A stretch of DNA of 32,000 bases from Deltaproteobacteria bacterium (GTDB lineage Bacteria > Desulfobacterota > Desulfomonilia > Desulfomonilales > Desulfomonilaceae): positions 27,025 to 59,024 of the forward strand of contig JAMCYH010000136.1 of assembly GCA_023474025.1 (NCBI GenBank), written 5' to 3'. The notes under the pieces are model-generated. The model worked only from the letters and a program-made list of their open reading frames with translations, was not told the origin of the DNA and searched no databases. The position numbers and the translations under genes were made by a program. Shown here piece after piece: positions 18,135-25,319 of the stretch. Position 1 is the stretch's first letter; every line of letters starts with the position of its first letter.

Positions 18135-20657
18135 TCACTCCTCTTTTATGGCGGTTCCGGATGGTGTTCGCACCAGCTTAAAAGTTGGATATAGGGATGA
18201 CAAAAAACAGGCCAGTAGAGTTAATCCCAGGCCTTCGACGAAAATCCACCTATTCACTGTTATATCAATAGACCAACCAAATGACCTGTAGTTGATAGCA
18301 TACACTATAATATAAGTCAGCAACAGCCCGCACACCGAAGCGATTAAATAAGCGGCGAACCCCATTATTAGTCCCTGATAGATATTCATCCTACCGATTT
18401 CCCCAGACGTAAGCCCAAGATATCCCAGGATCCTTATTTCCCGGGATCGCTCAAGCAGAATTGCCATCATGGCGGTAGCTACACCAAGTAGCGCCACAAG
18501 TAGAGAAACGCCCTTTAGAGTGCTAGTAGGCGCAAACGTTTTGTCAAATATCGTGAGTACCCGTTCCCTCATATCACGATTTGAAACGATGGTCCTCTCA
18601 AGGCCTTTGAATTGATCTGCCAACGACTTTTTAACATCTTCCCGTGAAACTCCCGGTTTCAGGAAAAGAGCGATGGACTGAACCCGATCATCGTTCCAGA
18701 TCCTCTTGTAAACGGTCCTGTCCATTTGTATCGTACCCTGGTCCGAAGAATAGTCTCTTGTTACTGCTACTATCGGAAATTTTCGAGGCCCGTCTGGGGT
18801 ATCCAAGGTTAGCGAATCACCGACCGTCAAATTGAACTTGAATGCCAGTGATTCTGAAATAAATACTGCGCCGTTTTTTATCTCTTTCCAGGCCAGGTTC
18901 TCGGAGCCTTTGACAAAAATGAATCTAGCCTTGCGTCGGAGTATTTCAGATTCTATTATTCTGAGCTTAACCGGTTTCCCATTCAGGTATATTTCGTAGG
19001 TTGAATAGCGTTCTATCGAATCAATTCTTGGATCCCGTTCAGCCTGATCAATGAGGGCAGTAGGTAAAGGGTGGTCCCATTTGGTGGTGTCTGGAGATAT
19101 GTAAAGGTCTCCCTTTAGGGCTTCGTCGAGCCATGCGGAAACTGACGTCCTGAAACTGTAAATCATTGTATCCACACCAATGGTCATGGAAAGGGCAACC
19201 GCCAGGGCAGCTACCGCTATACTTGTACGGCTCAGGGAAGCCCCTATGTTTCTCGCTGCCAGAAATGCTTCCAGATTGAAGAAAATCTTTTTGAAAACCA
19301 GGCCGAGATAATATGTAAAAGGACTTAAGAAGCCTGGAGTAAACAAAGCGAATGCCGTAGTCATTCCAAAAGCTGACACAAACCCCCAGAATACGGAACG
19401 TCTCGAAGCCCAGGCGGCTATTATGGAACCGACGAAAAACATTGCGCCGACAAGGAATAGATACACCCTTAAACTTTTTGCCCTGTCCTCGATGCTCTGC
19501 CGCTTTAATCCCAAAACCGGAGGCGTGGCGGCAACTTCAAAGGCCGGGATTGCGCATCCTACGATGGTGGCCAGAAATCCCACAGCTAGCCCGGTCATTA
19601 CAACCCACCCGCTTAATTCGACATGTAAAGCGTTCACCTGAAAATAGAGTTGGCTGATCGTCGAAGAGACCTTCCCTATACTATAGGACGCCACGGAATA
19701 ACCGAAAATTAACCCAATAAGGCTACCTAGTGCGCCTAGAATAAGGGACTCAATTAAAAAAGCCAGGAGCAGACTTTGACGATCACATCCCAATGTTAAA
19801 AGAAGCGACATATCCTGCCGCCGCGACAGAACGGAGAACATTGAAAAATTGTATATTAGAAATACCCCGACAAACAGGGCGATCAGACTCATCGCTGTCA
19901 GATTTAGCTGAAAGGAGTAGAGCATCGCCGTTAAAGTGGATTTTTTGGAATTTGCGTTAGTAATCTTGAGGCCAGATGGTAAATTTGGAAGGGCGGAGTT
20001 AACCGGACCATCAATGATAAGATCTATGCGATCCAGCCGACCAACACGGCCGAAGACCTCCTGAGCGTTGGAAATATCCATGACCGCCAGATTCTCGTTG
20101 AGCCCCGCTCCAGAATTTTCTGGGAGAGGCCCCAGTATTCGGATTTTTTTTTCCAAGCCCGCATCCAGAACGGTCAACCAGCCGTCCTTTTTCAAATTGT
20201 AGCGACTCATCAAATCCTTGGAAAGAAACACTCCGGGGGGATTCCCCCCGAAAAATCGTAACATCTGATCCCTGTTTGCAAGTTGCGGAACCCAGTCCCG
20301 GAAAGGAGTATCCAGAAATGGATCCACGCCGAGGAAACGAATCGGCTCCGAGCCGGTTTCCAGGGTATTGGCGACGACATCGACTAAAGGTGTAGCAGCC
20401 AGAACTTTTGGATTTTCCCATATAGTTTTGAAATATTTTTCGTCTATCCTCCCGTACGTTGAAATTATCGAGTTGGTTGCCTTACCGGAAAGAAAATCTA
20501 CGGAGGACGCAAATGACGCCAATGCCGAGTCATTAATCAACTCTACGGCCACAACAATTCCGACACCCAGGGAAATCCCCAGCAAGCACAGGACAGCGAG
20601 CAGCGCATGCCGCCGGTAGTATTTGAAGTTGAATTTTAAAAGCGTCTTAAGGGTCAT
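18135..20657 (-). CDS. ABC transporter permease with two FtsX-type domains (YbbP-like, 840 aa)
   Basis: Two repeats of the same architecture: a TM helix, a large periplasmic domain, then a 3-TM FtsX bundle. The N-terminus is typical (LKFNFKYYRRHALLAVL). Confidence 0.85.
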   Translation of the reverse strand: MTLKTLLKFNFKYYRRHALLAVLCLLGISLGVGIVVAVELINDSALASFASSVDFLSGKATNSIISTYGRIDEKYFKTIWENPKVLAATPLVDVVANTLETGSEPIRFLGVDPFLDTPFRDWVPQLANRDQMLRFFGGNPPGVFLSKDLMSRYNLKKDGWLTVLDAGLEKKIRILGPLPENSGAGLNENLAVMDISNAQEVFGRVGRLDRIDLIIDGPVNSALPNLPSGLKITNANSKKSTLTAMLYSFQLNLTAMSLIALFVGVFLIYNFSMFSVLSRRQDMSLLLTLGCDRQSLLLAFLIESLILGALGSLIGLIFGYSVASYSIGKVSSTISQLYFQVNALHVELSGWVVMTGLAVGFLATIVGCAIPAFEVAATPPVLGLKRQSIEDRAKSLRVYLFLVGAMFFVGSIIAAWASRRSVFWGFVSAFGMTTAFALFTPGFLSPFTYYLGLVFKKIFFNLEAFLAARNIGASLSRTSIAVAALAVALSMTIGVDTMIYSFRTSVSAWLDEALKGDLYISPDTTKWDHPLPTALIDQAERDPRIDSIERYSTYEIYLNGKPVKLRIIESEILRRKARFIFVKGSENLAWKEIKNGAVFISESLAFKFNLTVGDSLTLDTPDGPRKFPIVAVTRDYSSDQGTIQMDRTVYKRIWNDDRVQSIALFLKPGVSREDVKKSLADQFKGLERTIVSNRDMRERVLTIFDKTFAPTSTLKGVSLLVALLGVATAMMAILLERSREIRILGYLGLTSGEIGRMNIYQGLIMGFAAYLIASVCGLLLTYIIVYAINYRSFGWSIDITVNRWIFVEGLGLTLLACFLSSLYPTFKLVRTPSGTAIKEE

Positions 20658-20736
20658 ACGGCCCTTTTAGAGGCCATGCCATAAACAGAAATTTGGGGGC
20701 ATGGATATTAATTATAAAATTAAGATGGAAACCGGT

Positions 20737-21420
20737 CTAGTTTGTATAATTATCTTCAACCAATAAACCTGATTTTAGTCTGTAGTGACGCGGGGCCAGC
20801 CATACAGCGTCAGCGCTGTGGGTCACCATTATCAAAGAAGCGTTGGATTCCCGACAAACTTGGTCAATCAATTTCAGAATACCGTTTCCAGTAGCCTGGT
20901 CCAGATTTCCGGTGGGTTCATCCGCCAGAATGAGTTTCGGTGTTTTGGCCAGAGCTCTTGCAATGGCAACGCGTTGTTGTTCACCACCGGAAATGGCCTC
21001 TGGAAACTTGTTCCAGTAACCGTCAAGTCCAACTGCCGCCAAAAGCTCATGAGCCCTAGTGTAGTCCGCTATCCCCAGCATATCGAGGGGAAGGGTCACG
21101 TTCTCCCCGACAGTCAGCGTTGGGAAGAGGTTAAAAGACTGAAAAATAAAACCGACTTCTTTCCTTCTGTAATAGGCGAGACCCACGTGAGACATCGCTG
21201 TAATTTCACGGTTGTCAAAATAGACTTTACCTTTAGTTGGGGAATCAACGCCGCCGACTATATTAAGAAACGTGCTTTTTCCAGAGCCGCTTTTTCCAAA
21301 GAGGATCGCCCTCTCTCCCTGGCAAAGCTCAAAATTAATTCCCGCAAGAGGGAATATTTCGCATTTGGGGCCGCTGGAATAGCACTTCCTTACATCGACC
21401 AGTCTGAGCAGTGGTTTCAT
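20737..21420 (-). CDS. ABC transporter ATP-binding protein (MacB/LolD-like, partner of the FtsX permease)
   Basis: Walker A GKSGSGKST, signature ISGGEQQRVAIARA, Walker B LILADEPTGNLD and H-loop VTHS. The permease gene follows after a 79-nt gap. Confidence 0.9.
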   Translation of the reverse strand: MKPLLRLVDVRKCYSSGPKCEIFPLAGINFELCQGERAILFGKSGSGKSTFLNIVGGVDSPTKGKVYFDNREITAMSHVGLAYYRRKEVGFIFQSFNLFPTLTVGENVTLPLDMLGIADYTRAHELLAAVGLDGYWNKFPEAISGGEQQRVAIARALAKTPKLILADEPTGNLDQATGNGILKLIDQVCRESNASLIMVTHSADAVWLAPRHYRLKSGLLVEDNYTN

Positions 21421-21431
21421 AAATCCTGCTT

Positions 21432-21447
21432 AAATTTTTAAATTTTT
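21432..21447. repeat. Perfect tandem AAATTTTT x2 in the 62-bp gap upstream of the ABC ATPase gene
   Basis: Read directly: 21432-21439 and 21440-21447 are identical. This could be an AT-rich or curved promoter element, or it could have no function. Confidence 0.5.
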
Positions 21448-21482
21448 GCTATGAAATCAAAATTGAGCAACATCCTTCAAAG

Positions 21483-22295
21483 TTATCGACCTGCCTTGTT
21501 TCTGTTGTGTGAAGTGGTATTGTCCACATCCCCATATATCCGTTTTAGGCGCTTTTCGAAGTATTCGCTCCTTTTTTTCCGAAAGATCATATATTCGGAT
21601 TCATTAGGCAATTTGTTGTCGTTAACCCTTAACCACAAATTGGTCACCGTTACCTGTTCAAGTACGAAACCCAGTCGCATACAAATGAGTTCCCCCTCTG
21701 ACAGCTTCCCCATAGCATTGTCCAGGTCCCTCGCAGTAGGTTCGCAGTGTCGATAAATGGAGTCGCGGAAATTGGGGTCCCTCATCAATTCTACAGGATG
21801 CTTTTTTTTCTGGTCCGCAAGATATCTGGCGGCCTGGATTACGCGATAAAAATCCCGTTTCATTAATGGGATGCCATAGGAAATGATTTTATCGGCAACT
21901 GGTGTTAATGACAGGATCTTTTTTTTCTCAGCGCTCGAAAATGCAATTGAATATGGAAAAGAATTTATATTTCTTTGTGCTTCCTGGAGCTTATGAACTT
22001 GCTTTTCCAGAAACAGCAAATTGTTTAAGGGCCCGCGTTTGGCCTGTTTCAAAAAAAAGACGAGTGAAGGATACTGGCCTAAAAGCTTTTGAGTGACATT
22101 CTGATTTACCTCACCCAATTCATATCTTAGAAAAGCTTCAATAATGGCTTTGTTATTTTCTTTAACGATTTCTCGCGCTATTACGGCGTCTGATGGTTCC
22201 GCGCAAGAAGCCGGATGTGGCCAAAGGAAATTTAAAAGCGCCAGAGCCGTTGCCATCAGAATAATACCTCTAAACAAATTTCCGTCGGCTTTCAT
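21483..22295 (-). CDS. Hypothetical exported protein (270 aa)
   Basis: N-terminal hydrophobic signal-like segment (GIILMATALALLNFLWPHPASCAEP). Its ATG forms an ATGA overlap with the hypB stop. I recognise no family. Confidence 0.55.
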   Translation of the reverse strand: MKADGNLFRGIILMATALALLNFLWPHPASCAEPSDAVIAREIVKENNKAIIEAFLRYELGEVNQNVTQKLLGQYPSLVFFLKQAKRGPLNNLLFLEKQVHKLQEAQRNINSFPYSIAFSSAEKKKILSLTPVADKIISYGIPLMKRDFYRVIQAARYLADQKKKHPVELMRDPNFRDSIYRHCEPTARDLDNAMGKLSEGELICMRLGFVLEQVTVTNLWLRVNDNKLPNESEYMIFRKKRSEYFEKRLKRIYGDVDNTTSHNRNKAGR

Positions 22296-22975
22296 TTAGA
22301 AGACCCGCTTATTTTCTTGGCGGTCCTAATTTGCTGAGCTATCCATTCCGTAAGCTCCCCGAAACCGGCTCCTGTCTTAGCGGATACAGGGAACATTTTT
22401 ATTCCAGGGTTCATTGCTCTAACGGTTTTTTGGAATTCTTCCATATTGAAGTCAGTATATGGCGTCAGATCAACCTTATTGATTAATAAGGCTTGAGATT
22501 CAGTAAACATAAGGGGGTATTTCAACGGTTTGTCATGTCCCTCCGGCACTGAAAGAATCATCATTTTGATATTCTCCCCCAAGTTAAATTCGGCCGGACA
22601 AACGAGATTACCAACGTTCTCAATTATCACTAGGTCCTTACCTTCTATACCAAGGCCAGAACAAGCCGCTGTGATCATATTGGCGTCCAGATGGCATGCG
22701 CCATCAGTGTTAATCTGGACAACTTCCACATCTCGTTCCTGAATTTTTCGCGAATCGACATCTGAGGCTATATCCCCTTCAATCACACCTATTTTGAAAT
22801 CAGCGGAAAGGCTTTCTATCAATCGCAGTATTGTGGATGTTTTCCCAGCTCCGGGCGCTGCCATTAAATTGATCACAAACGTGTTATTAATTTCAAACGC
22901 TTTCTTTAAATTCAACGCTAGCGCTTCATTGACTCCCAGGATATCTTTGTTCACATTTATTGTCTTTACAGCCAT
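22292..22975 (-). CDS. hypB: Hydrogenase nickel-incorporation GTPase HypB (G3E family)
   Basis: Collinear with HypB: P-loop APGAGKTS, VIEGD, the metal-binding CH motif (TDGACHLDA), ENVGNLVCPAEFNLGE, DKPLKYP and INKVDL. The ATG at 22975 has AAGGAG 6 nt upstream. There is no His-rich N-terminal stretch. Confidence 0.9.
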   Translation of the reverse strand: MAVKTINVNKDILGVNEALALNLKKAFEINNTFVINLMAAPGAGKTSTILRLIESLSADFKIGVIEGDIASDVDSRKIQERDVEVVQINTDGACHLDANMITAACSGLGIEGKDLVIIENVGNLVCPAEFNLGENIKMMILSVPEGHDKPLKYPLMFTESQALLINKVDLTPYTDFNMEEFQKTVRAMNPGIKMFPVSAKTGAGFGELTEWIAQQIRTAKKISGSSK

Positions 22976-23331
22976 CAAATTCTCCTTGTTTTAGGTCGTT
23001 TCCTTGATTTGATTTTTTCTACACTTCTCACTGTCCGCAATGTGTCTTTTTGATTCAGGTACTCAATATATGCGCATCCCGGAGGCATCCAGTTGATTCT
23101 TCGAATGAAATCCTCAGTCAATTTAATGCAATCAGGCTCAATCTCGTGACGCTTATCGTAAATTTTGCACATTCTGGTAATCGTGTCCAGATATACACAG
23201 GGCTCTTCGGTGTAGACAATTTGGCCCCCACCCAGGTCTATCTTTTCGTAACAGCACTTACCGCATTTCCGGCATATATTTTCCCATTCATCTTCGGTCA
23301 ACTGATTTTTTTCTATCAGGGCATTACTCAT
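22975..23331 (-). CDS. YkgJ-family Cys-cluster (CxxCxxCC) zinc/iron-chelating domain protein
   Basis: CRKCGKCC, then PCVYLD...MCKIYDKRHEIEPDC, which is the UPF0153/YkgJ pattern. Its stop overlaps the hypB ATG (TGATG). It is not HypA: it lacks the MHE N-terminus and the paired CxxC zinc site. Confidence 0.75.
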   Translation of the reverse strand: MSNALIEKNQLTEDEWENICRKCGKCCYEKIDLGGGQIVYTEEPCVYLDTITRMCKIYDKRHEIEPDCIKLTEDFIRRINWMPPGCAYIEYLNQKDTLRTVRSVEKIKSRKRPKTRRI

Positions 23332-23676
23332 TTTGCCAAAACCTTCGCCTCATACAGGTATCTCATGACACATAGGTATTTCTATTTCGTACATCGACTA
23401 ACCAAAAACGAATTTCTTTATTCCGCACGCATGCCTTCGCTCCGACATCGATTCGCAATTTGTTTTAGAGACTTGTTTAATCTTAACAATAACACGTTTG
23501 TGACGATGTTCAAAACCATCGGTATCCATAATTTTCAACTTAGCTCAAAATCCATTCTATTGGGGCGCACGGCAAAGTTTCAGACATAAAATGTAGAATT
23601 TTATAAACCTTTCGGAAAATTCCAACTATAACTTTAAAGTGGAAGTATTTTTAGAAGTTGTCAGGAGGATTAGCCA

Positions 23677-23976
23677 ATGGCCACTTTTTATCAGGATCAA
23701 ATCAGGCAACGAGTGAAAAACCCTCAAAATGCCTTTCTTTTGTCTTTGTTACTTGGTCCCGTAGGAATGTTTTACGCCACTGTCACATGGGCTGCGATCA
23801 TGCTCTTTATGAATATAGCGTTAGGTCTTGTGACTTATGGTCTGGCAATTGTCATTCTCTGGCCCATAGGAGCGCGAATCGCTTACAAGGCGGTTAGCTC
23901 CAGAAACGGCCAATGGTTTAGCTCAAAACAGCGCCCTGCGGACAAAAAATATTTTACCGGAGGCGGGAACATGTGA
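23677..23976 (+). CDS. Small two-TM membrane protein, TM2-domain-like
   Basis: AGGAGG lies 8 nt upstream. KNPQNAFLLSLLLGPVGMFY resembles the start of TM2-domain proteins, and a second TM helix follows. Confidence 0.5.
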   Translation: MATFYQDQIRQRVKNPQNAFLLSLLLGPVGMFYATVTWAAIMLFMNIALGLVTYGLAIVILWPIGARIAYKAVSSRNGQWFSSKQRPADKKYFTGGGNM

Positions 23977-23983
23977 AAAGTTA

Positions 23984-24364
23984 ATGAGCCGGGGAATTTC
24001 CAGTAGAGGTCGTTCAGACGGTCTAGGCGCTTTCATGCCTTGCATCCCAGAAAAAGAATCTGTTCATCAACATTGTGGGAGAAAAGTGGCTAGGCTAGGA
24101 GCGGATTTTGCGCTGACTGTTTCTCGGAAATGTCTTTCGGCGCTATTGTTAACAAAATCTGGGTGTAGGAATACATCCAAAAAAAGTAGATACGGAAGAG
24201 TTACGGATAGTTTTGTTTCCACAAATCCAGTTAATATTAATGGAGAAAAATATCTTGGGAATTTTGAACTAAGACTCACAAATTTAAAAAATCTCAAAGA
24301 CAAGGGTCTGATTGATGAGACGGAATTCAAAACGAGGAAAAGGACAATTCTCGATGAGATCTGA
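23984..24364 (+). CDS. SHOCT-domain protein (start uncertain)
   Basis: The C-terminal LKNLKDKGLIDETEFKTRKRTILDEI fits the SHOCT short C-terminal domain. The N-terminal ~60 aa are compositionally odd (R/S/C-rich). A GTG at 24086 after GGGAG is an alternative start. The other two + frames are closed. Confidence 0.45.
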   Translation: MSRGISSRGRSDGLGAFMPCIPEKESVHQHCGRKVARLGADFALTVSRKCLSALLLTKSGCRNTSKKSRYGRVTDSFVSTNPVNINGEKYLGNFELRLTNLKNLKDKGLIDETEFKTRKRTILDEI

Positions 24365-24657
24365 ATAATTACCCCATATCCTTGCCTGACTTTTTAACAA
24401 TTCTCGAAAGTGATGATCACCAACAAGTTGAGGTTAAGTTCTGACAATTTTCTCAAAATCCTTGATGGAGAAATGGATTCATTCGAGTTACAGCGTTTTT
24501 TTATGGAATCACTAGTGTGGAATGTTAATATATTTCTTTATAAAAAATTTCGTAAAATTCCTCAAAAAGCCTGAAATATTTTCTAGCGTAGGCACGAATG
24601 GATCTCGTGTCGTGACACAGGCTGTCTCTTGGTTCGGCCACAAATTGGGAGGACGAA

Positions 24658-25319
24658 ATGCACATAAAAACTTCAGACCAGCCATTGCTCAATCTCGGTT
24701 TTGGAGGTTGGACAGCCAACTGGGGGGTTCACATGTGTGGGTTGTACGAAACAGAAGAGGAACGGGATGACATCATCATGGGTTTCCTGAATCGAGGCGG
24801 ATGCGATGGGGATCTGCAACTTTATTGTCCTACCGAGAGGAGTCACGAAAATTTCCATGAGGAATACGGTATTCGATTCCCTGAATGCGCCCACCATCTT
24901 CACGATCCCAACCTTTTTCAAATATTATCAGCGAGTGAATTGTATTACCCACAAGGAATATTTTCTCCAAAGGCTATGGACGATAGCCTGAATTCGTTTT
25001 TTCCGAGAGCCAAAAAGAAGGGCCAAGAAACGTTCGAGCCTCAGCAGAAATGGTCTGGGCGCTTCAAGCCATTCCCGGTATAGAGCACCTAATGGCCTAC
25101 GAATCCAGATTGAATTATTTCATTCCGGGAAAACCGTGGATAAGCTTGTGTCTGTATAATGTGAATAAGTTCCCCGGGAAGATCATAATGGATGTGCTCC
25201 GTACACATCCGTTCTCCATCAATGGTGGGCTGATTATGGAAAACCCATATTATATCGACCCGGATCACTGGTTGGCAGAGAACGCACCTCAATTTCTTCC
25301 AGACAGGACAGGGATTTGA
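24658..25319 (+). pseudogene. MEDS (DcmR-like sensory) domain protein interrupted by a 1-nt frameshift
   Basis: 24658-25083 carries the N-terminal MEDS signature (WGVHMCGLYETEEERDDIIMGFL). 25050-25319, one frame over, carries the C-terminal half (EMVWAL...YESRLNYF...LCLYNV...VLRTHPFSINGG...ENPYY). The second frame is open from 24987. Adding one A to the A5 run at 25012-25016 gives the continuous reading ...PRAKKEGPRNVRASAEMVWAL. Confidence 0.7.

Noticed and set aside
20674-20704. Intercistronic hairpins: CCATGCC/GGCATGG between the ABC ATPase and the permease, and GGCCG..CCTGA/TCAGGCGGCC at 30826-30865 between ptxA and ptxB
   Set aside because: The inverted repeats are real, but the stems are short (5-7 bp) with long loops or bulges and no U-tract. 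They are most likely incidental or minor mRNA-stability elements.
20785-21441. 218-aa ORF on the + strand
   Set aside because: It lies entirely antisense to a well-supported ABC ATPase gene with all Walker, signature and H-loop motifs. Its own translation is low-complexity and matches no family. It is a shadow ORF.
23391-23451. Repeated ACATCGA (23391-23397 and 23445-23451) and CCTTCGC motifs upstream of ykgJ-hypB, and a search for a NikR-type GTATGA-N16-TCATAC box
   Set aside because: Several 7-mer repeats are expected by chance in 345 bp. No NikR-like palindrome is present.
23050-23589. 179-aa ORF on the + strand spanning ykgJ and the intergenic region
   Set aside because: The first half is antisense to the YkgJ gene. 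The rest runs through AT-rich non-coding DNA with an implausible F/Y/R/N-rich composition and no RBS.
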